Below the pieces are notes generated by a model. It was not told the DNA's origin and did not search any database. It saw only the letters and a list, made by a program, of their open reading frames with translations. Source: an uncultured Alphaproteobacteria bacterium (GTDB lineage: Bacteria; Pseudomonadota; Alphaproteobacteria; Rs-D84). From it: a stretch of 64,000 nt of DNA. Where the stretch lies: contig CALXXV010000003.1 of assembly GCA_944392775.1 (NCBI GenBank), positions 61,279 to 125,278 of the forward strand. Direction: 5' to 3'. Position numbers and translations under genes: made by a program. Shown piece after piece: positions 1-9,059 of this stretch; within the stretch, counting starts at the first letter, position 1; each line of letters begins with the position of its first letter.

Positions 1-489
1 ACGTAACAATCGTATTTGACTTCCAAAGATAATTCTATATATGCGTTCAAACTCTGTTGCTATCCTATAATTTGTCGAATCCCTAACCATTATATCTATT
101 TTTTTATACGGCGATTCCGCTAAGTCTTTCTTTAACTTATTTTCTATTTCTAATGTATAAGCCTTCAACCCCGTATCAGGCAATTCTGGAAGATCATATT
201 CTGTCTTACGCTTTTTTAACTTCTTATCAGAAGTAGTTGCAGGAATATCAAATAATTTGTCTTGTGTGCTATTTTGAATATCTGGCTGATTTGAGTCACC
301 AAGTGAAAATTTATTGTCTTTTACTCGTAAATCTTCTCTGATCTTCTTTAACATACCAACTATATGCTTTTTCAGAGCAAAAAAGATTAGAAATACAATA
401 AAAGGCCAGCTAGTTAGCAACCCCACTATCGTTTTCACAATATAATCACCACCAATTCCTAAATATTCCAAGATGCTACATGTATTCAT
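1..489 (-). CDS. Hypothetical membrane-anchored protein (3' end truncated by window edge). ATG at 487-489, N-terminal hydrophobic segment, last gene of the R-M-like operon
   Basis: Hand translation of the reverse complement of 1-489 is stop-free (MNTCSILEYLGIGGDYIVKTIVGLLTSWPFIVFLIFFALKK...). Same strand as the upstream R-M genes and only 28 nt downstream of them. Confidence 0.45.
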   Translation of the reverse strand, partial: MNTCSILEYLGIGGDYIVKTIVGLLTSWPFIVFLIFFALKKHIVGMLKKIREDLRVKDNKFSLGDSNQPDIQNSTQDKLFDIPATTSDKKLKKRKTEYDLPELPDTGLKAYTLEIENKLKKDLAESPYKKIDIMVRDSTNYRIATEFERIYRIIFGSQIRLLR

Positions 490-516
490 TTAAACTTCCT
501 ATATTTATACTTAAAA

Positions 517-1887
517 TTAGTCTACCACCCCATAGATTTTTTTGATTTCTTCCAATGGTATATTTAACCCTATTGCTCTATATTTATGAGAAATAGCATT
601 AAACAATGTTTCTATCATGCGGGCCTTTACTTCCTTCGTACCATAATGGAAAGCCTTGTGACAGTTTGGACACAAAGAGACCAAATTTTCAACACAATCT
701 ATGTTTTTATGATACTTGTTCCATACAGCCTCCTGATTTGCTACCGGAATCAAGTGATGGGCCTCCATATATTGCTTATGAGTTCTGTTCGACATAAAGG
801 TTTCATGATCATGGTTAAATTCGCAACAATAATATGCCCTTTTGATCGCTATTTTACCCAAAATAGGATTCGTCTTCGGTCTTCTACCGTGTCCTTTTTT
901 TCCTTCTACAGCTATTGGTTGTACATCGTAAGCCTTTAATGCGATATCTTCATTGACATTATCTTCTTTAATCGCATCAACCTTTTCTAAGTACTCTCTT
1001 TCATCTGTTTCTTCATCATACACAGGCTGAACGACCTTTTCTTCCACGTCGTCTGCTGCCTCTACTACTGGTACATCAACCAAATCTATATTAAAATGTT
1101 GATTATTATACAGCATATATGAATAATCGATATCTCGTAAAAGTTGATTATGCAACTCATCCATTTCATGTTGTTTTATAAATTTTTTGAAAAAATAATT
1201 ATCAAAGTCTGGATTTATAGAGATAGCACTCGCAGTAACTGTAAAAAGAGAGATATTATTTCGTATAATGGTCAAAATACGACTGTTTCCTTCATATGCA
1301 TCCACATATTGTGAGACAGGCCCATTATTAGCTATAAATTCCGCAGCCTTATCTACATCAGAATATGAGTTACATGTAGCAATATAGGTCCAGAAATGAC
1401 CTTTTGATACTTCATTTATTTTGTATTTAGTCTGCAGCTTTTTTAATACCAAATAAATAAAAACAACGGGGAGTACACTATAGTCCTCATTGTTGTGTGC
1501 CGTATCAATGATGGAATGTATTTTTAATTTTAAAATTTGTTCTGTTTTTATTTTATTATACAGTTCAGAACCAACTTGTTCGTCTTTTATCAAATCAAAG
1601 ATTTCTGTTGGACGCTCTTTATTATAATGGTTGCCTCTGGTGTAGAAAGGTGTTTTTGTAATCAACCCATAAAGCTGTGCTATTACTAAAACACGATGCC
1701 TATCTGTTCTTATGCCATATTCTTGATGATGATTTGCAAAATACTGTTCAACATTTATATTCGGATCATAACAAATGTCCGCAAAAAGTTTAGCGGCCTT
1801 TACGGCCTCTTCAAAACTTGCATCTTGTTTAGTAAACACCCATGCTGATTTATTTGTTAGCGTCTTCAGATATTCTTGTGCTGTCAT
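517..1887 (-). CDS. HNH-family endonuclease, putative restriction endonuclease of the adjacent MTase pair (HphI/KpnI-like HNH REase class)
   Basis: C-terminal HNH motif YYCCEFNHDH...EAHHLIP...NLVSLCPNCHKAFH. Overlaps the upstream C5-MTase gene by 38 nt (translational coupling). Confidence 0.55.
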   Translation of the reverse strand: MTAQEYLKTLTNKSAWVFTKQDASFEEAVKAAKLFADICYDPNINVEQYFANHHQEYGIRTDRHRVLVIAQLYGLITKTPFYTRGNHYNKERPTEIFDLIKDEQVGSELYNKIKTEQILKLKIHSIIDTAHNNEDYSVLPVVFIYLVLKKLQTKYKINEVSKGHFWTYIATCNSYSDVDKAAEFIANNGPVSQYVDAYEGNSRILTIIRNNISLFTVTASAISINPDFDNYFFKKFIKQHEMDELHNQLLRDIDYSYMLYNNQHFNIDLVDVPVVEAADDVEEKVVQPVYDEETDEREYLEKVDAIKEDNVNEDIALKAYDVQPIAVEGKKGHGRRPKTNPILGKIAIKRAYYCCEFNHDHETFMSNRTHKQYMEAHHLIPVANQEAVWNKYHKNIDCVENLVSLCPNCHKAFHYGTKEVKARMIETLFNAISHKYRAIGLNIPLEEIKKIYGVVD

Positions 1888-2971
1888 CTTTTAATATCCT
1901 TTTAATCATTGTAGCAAAAAAGTAAGCAAGTTTTGGGGGAACCGCATTACCAATCTGTTTACATATGCTGGTTTTTGAACCTATAAATTGAAAACCATCT
2001 GGGAAACTTTGAATACGTGCTGCTTCTCTAGGAGTTAAAGTACGATCATAAAATGGATGCGTAAAACATCCGCCAGAAGGCGTATCGAAACGGGTCGTTA
2101 TTGTTGGTGCTACTCCATCAGGTATTAAGCGCCCATAAGAACCACTATGTACAGATTTTACAGGTTCTTTAAGTACCTTAAAATTTTTACCCTGTTGAAC
2201 TTCCTTCATGCGCCGCATTGCTATTTTATTATGTTTGGTTGCAATGTGGTTATATAAATTTGGGGATTGAGAATGTAATGAAGTTGTATATTCATTATTT
2301 GGTGTAACATTCGAAATTATCCCAGTATCACTCGGGCTTGGTAAATTGGAAATCGCATCCCATACGGATACCGCATTAAAGAAACCAGGCGTTTTTTTAG
2401 CTAAATATTTTTTAGTTTGTTCTATTTCAGTCTGAAGATCAAAATCAACCAAACTACCAATAAGTATTGTTCTCTCCCTAGCTTGTGGTATTCCAAAATC
2501 TTTTGCTTTAGCAATTGTGTACTGAAGTTTATACCCCAAACTTTCAAAAGCCTTTCTTATTTCTGCAAACACGCGCCCTTTATCATAACTGATAATGCCT
2601 TTGACGTTTTCAAAGATAAATATCTTAGGTTTAACAAGTTTCACTATGTTAAAATAATGTTTAAACAAATAGTTACGCGGATCGTCTATAAACCCATGAC
2701 GAATTCTTGCCCCTGCTGTAGAAAACCCCTGACATGGAGGACCACCAACTATTATATCTGCCATATGTTTAGAAAAATTCTTTCTATTATCCACATTCTT
2801 TATATCATCTACAATCATCTTGGTTTTTGGATGATTGTGAACATAAGATGCCGCAATGTCTTTATCATACTCAACAGCCACTATTACAGGTATACCTGCT
2901 TGTGAAAAACCGCACGAAAAACCACCACACCCCGCAAACAAATCTATAGCTTTAATCATCCGCTCCTCCAC
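1850..2971 (-). CDS. DNA (cytosine-5)-methyltransferase
   Basis: Motif I DLFAGCGGFSCGF, PC motif GGPPCQGFS, ENVKG motif. Confidence 0.85.
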   Translation of the reverse strand: MEERMIKAIDLFAGCGGFSCGFSQAGIPVIVAVEYDKDIAASYVHNHPKTKMIVDDIKNVDNRKNFSKHMADIIVGGPPCQGFSTAGARIRHGFIDDPRNYLFKHYFNIVKLVKPKIFIFENVKGIISYDKGRVFAEIRKAFESLGYKLQYTIAKAKDFGIPQARERTILIGSLVDFDLQTEIEQTKKYLAKKTPGFFNAVSVWDAISNLPSPSDTGIISNVTPNNEYTTSLHSQSPNLYNHIATKHNKIAMRRMKEVQQGKNFKVLKEPVKSVHSGSYGRLIPDGVAPTITTRFDTPSGGCFTHPFYDRTLTPREAARIQSFPDGFQFIGSKTSICKQIGNAVPPKLAYFFATMIKRILKDDSTRISEDANK

Positions 2972-4610
2972 TTATACGATATTTCAGAGCAAAATTCTTT
3001 ACATAATCTAACTCTTCCGGAGACAATTGATAAATTGTCGCTAAACAATCATCAATTTCATCAATCTCTGCCTTGCACAATTTGTGCTTATACTCATATG
3101 TAGTCTGTTTTGTACCTATATATTTCTTTGTTTTTTCTAACTTGTTCTCAAGTAATTTGGCTAATTTTTTAACTGTTTTATCATGTGGAATTTTATCCGG
3201 GACAGAAAACCCTTCCAGATCCTTGTTCGTAATATGCCAACAATCCGATATAATGGTCCAATAGAGCCAGAACAAACTAGAATTAAGAACGCATAACATA
3301 AAAGGCAGGTATTCTTCTTTGTATTTAAATTGTTTATACTCGTTAGACCCAGGATCAAAGGAGAAGGCTTTTATCCAAAAACATGCTCTCATATTCAAGA
3401 AAATATCCTTGCCCGCATTGGCTTGTGTGCTCAATATGTTGCCATTGAACAAAGAGGAAATTTTTTTATATATGCTATACTCAAGCTTATTACCAATTTT
3501 CGGTATATATAATTTATCATTTCCTTTTACATCAAAGATTTCTCTTCCATTCAATAATTCTTGTCTTTCATTTTTATACCAATGCTTATACGTGGAAGAA
3601 AAGGTTTTACATACATCATTCCCCTGTTTAGCAATAAGGATTGATATCTTTTGATGTGCACCAACGAACAAACAATCTGGCCGATCCGCAAAATTCAATA
3701 CTATTTGTTTTTCGCATTTGTTGGTTACAAATTCACGAAGTTTTCCCATACGACTAGTGGACACATATGATAAAGGTAATATAAGTCCCAACGAACCATC
3801 TTTATGCAACAGATTCAAACTATTGACTAAAGTATCTGCATACAAATTTCCATAGTTAGTATGCAATTCTTTGTGTCTAGGATATTTTCCATATTCTACG
3901 TACGGGGGATTACCTACTATATAATCAAACTTATTGTGTATTTTTTTATAATCCAGAATAAAATCATAGTGGTAAAAAGTAGAATTTATCATTTCTGCTA
4001 ATTTCATGTAAGATTCAGCATTTTTCATGCATGGAATAATTGCAAAGAATATTCTCATTTTTGCAATATCAATTGATTCTGTTTCTATATCATTCCCAAA
4101 TACAGTGCCACATATTTTGATAACATCATCGTCAGATAGAGGTATCTTGGCAACATTACACAATTCTAATTTCCACTCTATTACGCTGATCAAAAACTCT
4201 CCTGATCCACAGGTAGGATCCATAAATGTACGACTAAAAACAAGATCTTGTATCTGCCCCTTATTCAAGGTGGCAATCTTTTTTATTGCATCTTTCGTTT
4301 TTAATAATTTTCCAACAGATAATAAACTGGATGCTATTGTGTTGGAAACGACATAATCAGCAACGTCTCGCTGAGTATAATAAATACCTTTCTGCTTACG
4401 ATGTGTTTTAGAAAAAATATCTTGAAATGTCCTTATGGATATGTCTATATCGGATTTCTTGCTTAAAATATTATCTAAATTATATTTTATATAATTGCCA
4501 TTCAATAATATATGTAAAGCCTTCGTTGCCATGCCGACATCGATACTACCACAATTACGACTATTGCACCAACCAGCACATATAATATCTTCTATATTTT
4601 GCACAAACAT
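2952..4610 (-). CDS. N6-adenine DNA methyltransferase, gamma-class (Eco57I/TaqI-like), with C-terminal TRD
   Basis: Motif I FMDPTCGSGEF then motif IV GNPPY. The track start at 4637 is a GTG; ATG at 4610 (MFVQNIEDII) has an AAGGAA RBS, so the start was adjusted. Confidence 0.8.
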   Translation of the reverse strand: MFVQNIEDIICAGWCNSRNCGSIDVGMATKALHILLNGNYIKYNLDNILSKKSDIDISIRTFQDIFSKTHRKQKGIYYTQRDVADYVVSNTIASSLLSVGKLLKTKDAIKKIATLNKGQIQDLVFSRTFMDPTCGSGEFLISVIEWKLELCNVAKIPLSDDDVIKICGTVFGNDIETESIDIAKMRIFFAIIPCMKNAESYMKLAEMINSTFYHYDFILDYKKIHNKFDYIVGNPPYVEYGKYPRHKELHTNYGNLYADTLVNSLNLLHKDGSLGLILPLSYVSTSRMGKLREFVTNKCEKQIVLNFADRPDCLFVGAHQKISILIAKQGNDVCKTFSSTYKHWYKNERQELLNGREIFDVKGNDKLYIPKIGNKLEYSIYKKISSLFNGNILSTQANAGKDIFLNMRACFWIKAFSFDPGSNEYKQFKYKEEYLPFMLCVLNSSLFWLYWTIISDCWHITNKDLEGFSVPDKIPHDKTVKKLAKLLENKLEKTKKYIGTKQTTYEYKHKLCKAEIDEIDDCLATIYQLSPEELDYVKNFALKYRISGGADD

Positions 4611-4699
4611 TCCTTCTTTTCGCAACAAGATTAGCACTTATATTTGTTTTTATCAAGCTCCAAAAACGCAACATATTTTGTGAAACTCTTGCATGTTAA

Positions 4700-5190
4700 T
4701 ATACAACTTGAAGAGTTGTGTAGCCAGACGAGTGTTTATATATCAAAATTATACATTCGTTATATTTGTAATTTTGCATGAATTTATACATGGCATATAT
4801 ATTTTGGGATTATACAGTTGCTATACGCGATGTTATACGGATTTGGCGAATTTTTATATGACCATGAAATTTTTATGTTGTTATACAAGTGTATAAAAAT
4901 GTATCGCACAGCATCCCAATTTTTCGGGTTTTATCCAAAATTCATACAAGGCAAAAAATCGCATAAAAATCAAACGGAAAAATTTAAAACAAAATTACGG
5001 AAAATTCGCCAAAACCCACGGAAAACATTGGATATATTTGCATTATGTTCCAACAAAATACAATCGCAAAATTATACATTTGTTATACCGCTATTTTTAC
5101 TTATACAAAAATTATACGAAAAATCGGCTGTAAGCCACGCTCACCGCGGACTTAAAAAATACACTACATTCAATTGCTTATCTCTGTTAA
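4700..5190. repeat. Repeat-dense non-coding tract. At least 10 copies of TTATAC(A) and a 22-nt near-identical direct repeat CAAAATTATACATT(C/T)GTTATA at about 4745 and 5062. ACGGAAAA recurs 3 times at about 22-nt spacing (4970-5020). A 10-nt inverted repeat GGCGAATTTT/AAAATTCGCC lies at 4843 and 5000
   Basis: Direct reading. Expected chance count of TTATAC in 400 bp of this composition is below 1. Confidence 0.6.
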
Positions 5191-5195
5191 TCCGT

Positions 5196-5228
5196 ATGTC
5201 ACTGGTTCGAGTCCAGTTGCCCGAGCCA
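5196..5228 (+). other. Orphan tRNA 3' fragment: variable region, perfect T-arm ACTGG-TTCGAGT-CCAGT, 3' acceptor strand TGCCCGA, discriminator G, and CCA. No matching 5' acceptor strand upstream. Likely an attR-type remnant of island integration
   Basis: T-loop TTCGAGT with a 5-bp perfect stem. CCA at 5226-5228. The required 5' strand TCGGGCA is absent within 110 nt upstream. Followed immediately by a terminator. Confidence 0.6.
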
Positions 5229-5235
5229 CGAATTT

Positions 5236-5262
5236 CCGCAGATTTCTGCGGATTTTTTATTG
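5236..5262 (+). terminator. Rho-independent terminator CCGCAG-ATTTC-TGCGG followed by ATTTTTTATT
   Basis: GC stem-loop plus T-tract directly after the tRNA-fragment CCA. Confidence 0.6.
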
Positions 5263-5378
5263 TCTGTCGGTCGCCCCATTTTTATGCAAAATTGGACAAG
5301 ACTTGCCCTAATGATATTTTATAAAAAATATGTCCTGAAGTCACTTACGACTTCAGGACCCAAAACAAATCAATCTTA

Positions 5379-6236
5379 TTATTTCAACTTATTGTATTCT
5401 TCATCAGAAACCGGCTCTAGCCATTCATTAGAAGTGTCTTCTCCTTCTAACTCAAACGCCAAATGTGAGAACCAAGAATCTGGTGCCGCGCCATGCCAAT
5501 GCTTTACACCAGCCGGAATATGAATAACCGTACCCTCTTTTATCTCTACCGGCTTCTTACCCCATTCTTGATAGTAGCCATGTCCGCCAACACCAATCAA
5601 CATCTGACCACCACCAGTTGTAGCATGGTGTATATGCCAATTATTTCTGCACCCTGGTTCAAAAGTAACATTAGAAAACTTTACTTGTTCCGTTGAAACT
5701 GGTGCCAGATAACTTTGTCCAACAAAGTATTGTGCATATGCATCATTCGGCTCTCCAATAGGAAACATTATTGTTTTTGCATATTCTTCTTTGCCCATTT
5801 GTTGAGCCGTATCTGCATCTGTCCAAACATTTTTAGCAAGATTAAATACTGCCCACGCCTTTGGCCAACCAGCATAAAATGCATTATGCGTAATAATACC
5901 TGCAATTTCAGATTTTGTTACACCATTATTTTTTGCGGTTTGTAAATGATATGTCAGGGAAGAATCTGTTATACCTTGGCTCATCAAAGATACAACTGTC
6001 ACTATGCTTTTGGTTTTTAAATCTATCTTGCCGTTGTTCCAATTTTCACCGAACAAAATATCATCGTTATAGTGCGCAAATTCTGGTGCGAAATCCCCCA
6101 GTTGATTACGACCTGCGGTTTGAACTATTTTTTCACCCATATTATCTTCCTTTGGTTGAGCTGTAGAATTATCTGGTGCAGAATCACATGCACCTAATGT
6201 TGTAATCAACGCCAATGCTGTTAACGTTTTTCTCAT
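5379..6236 (-). CDS. Lipoprotein with an N-terminal carboxymuconolactone decarboxylase (AhpD-like) domain and a C-terminal cupin domain
   Basis: Lipobox LGAC. CMD-like region ...GWPKAWAV..., cupin HIHH...HWHG. Confidence 0.6.
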   Translation of the reverse strand: MRKTLTALALITTLGACDSAPDNSTAQPKEDNMGEKIVQTAGRNQLGDFAPEFAHYNDDILFGENWNNGKIDLKTKSIVTVVSLMSQGITDSSLTYHLQTAKNNGVTKSEIAGIITHNAFYAGWPKAWAVFNLAKNVWTDADTAQQMGKEEYAKTIMFPIGEPNDAYAQYFVGQSYLAPVSTEQVKFSNVTFEPGCRNNWHIHHATTGGGQMLIGVGGHGYYQEWGKKPVEIKEGTVIHIPAGVKHWHGAAPDSWFSHLAFELEGEDTSNEWLEPVSDEEYNKLK

Positions 6237-6248
6237 ATTTTCTCCTTA

Positions 6249-6674
6249 TTATTTCACTGAAAATGTAACCTCTACATCGCCATAACCGCCAAAGAAATCA
6301 AGCATCTGCTGTCTTGTCATATTTGGTATTCTGCCAATTCGTGTGAAGTTCCAACTGTTGGTGTCATAATATATAGCAATCGTATTACCTAGATATAAAA
6401 TCACATCACCTGCAGAGGTGGTTATATTCTCGTCTGCCTTTGGTAAATCAAATCCTAGCGATCCCGTTTTTTCAAAATTCCCATAATCAGACATTTTAAC
6501 TGTTATATCCCCAGAAGACACTTTTTCGGCAAAAGCCTTGGCAGATGAATTGTCTGCCAGTTCTATATTTAACGATTTGTTTCCACAATATATTTTCATT
6601 GTATCTTCCTGTGCGATTGCTGGCGCACTTTGTAGTGCAACAAACAATCCAATTAGTCCAAAAAAGTTCCACAT
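6249..6674 (-). CDS. Secreted hypothetical protein (signal peptide)
   Basis: N-terminal signal FGLIGLFVALQSAPAIAQ. Co-oriented in the TetR operon. Confidence 0.5.
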   Translation of the reverse strand: MWNFFGLIGLFVALQSAPAIAQEDTMKIYCGNKSLNIELADNSSAKAFAEKVSSGDITVKMSDYGNFEKTGSLGFDLPKADENITTSAGDVILYLGNTIAIYYDTNSWNFTRIGRIPNMTRQQMLDFFGGYGDVEVTFSVK

Positions 6675-6688
6675 TTTGAAACACACAT

Positions 6689-7726
6689 TTATTTCAGATT
6701 TGTCTTAAAGAAGGCTTCTATTTTATCAAACGGAATCTTGTCATGATTCTTGCCCCCGTCATACAAATCAACATGAACAGCATCAGGAATAATCATCAGT
6801 TCCTTGTTATCACCCGTCAATTTCTTAAACGCGTCTTCGCTAAAATACCGACTGTGTGCATTTTCACCATGAATCATCAACACAGGCGTACGAATTTCAT
6901 TTATGTATGACAATATTGGCAAGTTCATAAATGGCAACGATGTCGTTAGTGTCCAATCTGTGTTAGAATTCTTGGAACGACCATGATATCCACGTGGCGT
7001 TTTGTAATAATCATAGTAATCTTGAACATATTGCGGTTCGGTACCTGTTATTTTTTTTGGCAGCCCATCGCCAACAGCATAAGTCCCAGATGCAAAATCT
7101 GCTGTGCGCTGTGCATTCAATTTTTCTTTTAAAGCATGTCTATCTTCTGCACTCATTGAATCAAAATAACCGTATGCATTTACACGGCTCATATCATACA
7201 TAGTTGATGTAACAGTTGCCTTAATACGTGTATCTATTGCCGCAGCACTTAACGCAAATCCACCAAAACCGCAAATACCAAGTACACCAATTTTATCTGC
7301 GTCTACATCTTTGTTGTTTGATAAGAAATCTACTGCAGCAGACATATCTTCGACACTGATTTCAGGTGATGCAATATTACGTATGTCACCGCCGCTTTCA
7401 CCAGTAAAAGACGGATCAAAAGCCAATGTTATAAAACCACGGCTGGCTAACTCCTGCGCATAAAGGCCTGATGCCTGCTCTTTATCAGCACCAAATGGCC
7501 CAGATATAGCAATTGCAGCAGATTTATCAGCCAATTTATCCTTTGGCATATATAAATCGCCAACCAGTTCTATACCAAAACGGTTTTTGAATTTTACTTT
7601 TTCAACTGTAACATTATCGTTTTTTGGGAACGTTTTATCCCAAGGTTGTTTTGTCATACTTCTTACTCCTATTGCTATTGCGGTGATTCCGATTAAAGTT
7701 AAAGCGATTGTTATTACTGTTTTCAT
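6689..7726 (-). CDS. Alpha/beta hydrolase, dienelactone-hydrolase-like (Cys nucleophile), secreted
   Basis: Signal peptide. Nucleophile elbow GICGFGG. Confidence 0.6.
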   Translation of the reverse strand: MKTVITIALTLIGITAIAIGVRSMTKQPWDKTFPKNDNVTVEKVKFKNRFGIELVGDLYMPKDKLADKSAAIAISGPFGADKEQASGLYAQELASRGFITLAFDPSFTGESGGDIRNIASPEISVEDMSAAVDFLSNNKDVDADKIGVLGICGFGGFALSAAAIDTRIKATVTSTMYDMSRVNAYGYFDSMSAEDRHALKEKLNAQRTADFASGTYAVGDGLPKKITGTEPQYVQDYYDYYKTPRGYHGRSKNSNTDWTLTTSLPFMNLPILSYINEIRTPVLMIHGENAHSRYFSEDAFKKLTGDNKELMIIPDAVHVDLYDGGKNHDKIPFDKIEAFFKTNLK

Positions 7727-7739
7727 TTTGCTTCCTTTG

Positions 7740-8231
7740 TTATTTTATACTTTCTGCCCATGTCTTGAGTTCATTTTCGCTGACACTTGCCGAAAAGCGT
7801 CTGCCATTTATTATTTCTGGGTTGCCTGTTGCGTCTTTCTGTAAATCTGACGCAGTATCTCCAAGACCGCTACTGCCAGATGTTGCGAACAATATTACTT
7901 TCTTCCCCGACAGGTCATAACTCTTTACAAACTGATTTACTATTTTAGGAGACGTTCCCCACCATATCGGGAAACCCAAAAATATTGTATCATAGTTTTT
8001 AACAGGTGCCTTCAAATCCGCTAATTCGGGGTACGGCAACATATTAGCCATTTCCAAAGAAGAACGACTGTTTTCATCATTCCAATTCAAATCTGCATCA
8101 GTATAAGGTTGCGCCGGTTGTATCTCATAAATAGGTGCATTCAATGCTGACGCCAATTTTTGTGCAACATTTGCCGTCGTTCCTGTCGCAGAAAAATATG
8201 CAATAAGAACAGAAGATAAAATGCTATTCAT
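7740..8231 (-). CDS. Flavodoxin-like protein
   Basis: IAYFSATGTTANVAQ flavodoxin FMN-binding N-terminus. Confidence 0.65.
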   Translation of the reverse strand: MNSILSSVLIAYFSATGTTANVAQKLASALNAPIYEIQPAQPYTDADLNWNDENSRSSLEMANMLPYPELADLKAPVKNYDTIFLGFPIWWGTSPKIVNQFVKSYDLSGKKVILFATSGSSGLGDTASDLQKDATGNPEIINGRRFSASVSENELKTWAESIK

Positions 8232-8859
8232 TTACCCCCCCTTGGTTACTTAATAGTGAAAATATTGTTTGATACGCAAAGTCATAAACTCTTTTGGTTG
8301 GAAATTTTATACCAGCAGAAGTCATCGCATCTTTTTGTTTTTGCGTAACATTTGCATAAGGATAAAGCCCAAACATAAATGGAAAGAATATATATATGAA
8401 CTTATTTATATCTGTCCTGCCCTTTTGCGGGAAGTATACCACCAATAAATGTTCTACGGTGTCCAAAGCACGCTTGTATTCTTGCTTAAACACTGTCAGT
8501 TCATCTAAAGAACAACTTTCTTCTAAATCGTATAAATTCATAGAAAGCAATTTTAATAGTACAGGACGATTTTCCAAGGTCTGAGCCAATTTACTTGAAA
8601 AATCTTTGACGCTTAGTTTTTTATATTTTTTTACAATGCGATCCATATCATCGCACCAAAAGGCATATTCTTCACGAAAGATTTCCAGAAAAATACTTTC
8701 TTTTGTCGTAAAATAATTATAAATAGAAGGTCTAGAAAAACTTGTATATTCACTGATTTCTTTAATTGTAATTTCTTTAAAAGACATAGTCTGATATAAC
8801 TCACGACAGGCATGTACTATTTCAGACTTTCTTTTATCGGTATGCGATAAAGATTCCAT
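8224..8859 (-). CDS. TetR-family transcriptional regulator
   Basis: HTH SRPSIYNYFTTKESIF. Start adjusted to MESLSH (RBS GAAAGGAAAGGGGA) so that the operators lie upstream. Confidence 0.75.
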   Translation of the reverse strand: MESLSHTDKRKSEIVHACRELYQTMSFKEITIKEISEYTSFSRPSIYNYFTTKESIFLEIFREEYAFWCDDMDRIVKKYKKLSVKDFSSKLAQTLENRPVLLKLLSMNLYDLEESCSLDELTVFKQEYKRALDTVEHLLVVYFPQKGRTDINKFIYIFFPFMFGLYPYANVTQKQKDAMTSAGIKFPTKRVYDFAYQTIFSLLSNQGGVNE

Positions 8860-8876
8860 AAAGTCCCCTTTCCTTT

Positions 8877-8918
8877 CTGACACAATGTCAGAATATCACA
8901 AAAACTGACACAGTGTCA
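8877..8918. promoter_or_regulatory. Two palindromic operator-like sites, CTGACACAATGTCAG (8877-8891) and TGACACAGTGTCA (8906-8918), upstream of the tetR operon
   Basis: Near-perfect 13-15 nt palindromes, 27 nt apart, immediately 5' of the TetR gene. Confidence 0.55.
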
Positions 8919-9059
8919 ATTTGTATTTTTACACATTGAAAATTATTTATTTCTTCAAAGGGGACAAAAAATTATCATAATCTTAATTTATAAGTCATAA
9001 AAATATGCTTTTACGGATTTTTATTATATTTCCATTAAAATAAAAAAGAGCTAGAAGTT

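Noticed and set aside
4610-4637. Track start of the N6-MTase at 4637
   Set aside because: Codon at 4635-4637 is GTG. The ATG at 4610 has a good AAGGAA RBS, so the start was moved
586-4683. Many short + strand ORFs in the track (e.g. 586-939, 2417-2905, 3073-3654, 4027-4356, 4495-4683) overlapping the minus-strand R-M genes
   Set aside because: Antisense to long, motif-bearing genes. Low-complexity translations, no RBS. Typical spurious ORFs in AT-rich DNA
5124-5228. Possibility that the tRNA-like 3' segment is a complete (long or unusual) tRNA or the acceptor piece of an alphaproteobacterial two-piece tmRNA
   Set aside because: The best upstream partner for the acceptor strand (TCGGCTG at 5124) gives only 4 Watson-Crick pairs and would imply a ~105-nt tRNA with no convincing D or anticodon arms. 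No G3:U70 alanine-type acceptor, no tag-peptide reading frame and no downstream coding piece; a terminator follows directly. Treated as a fragment
4693-5324. ORFs 4693-4896 and 4818-5324 across the repeat region and tRNA fragment
   Set aside because: They span obvious non-coding repeats, a tRNA fragment and a terminator. Translations are low-complexity
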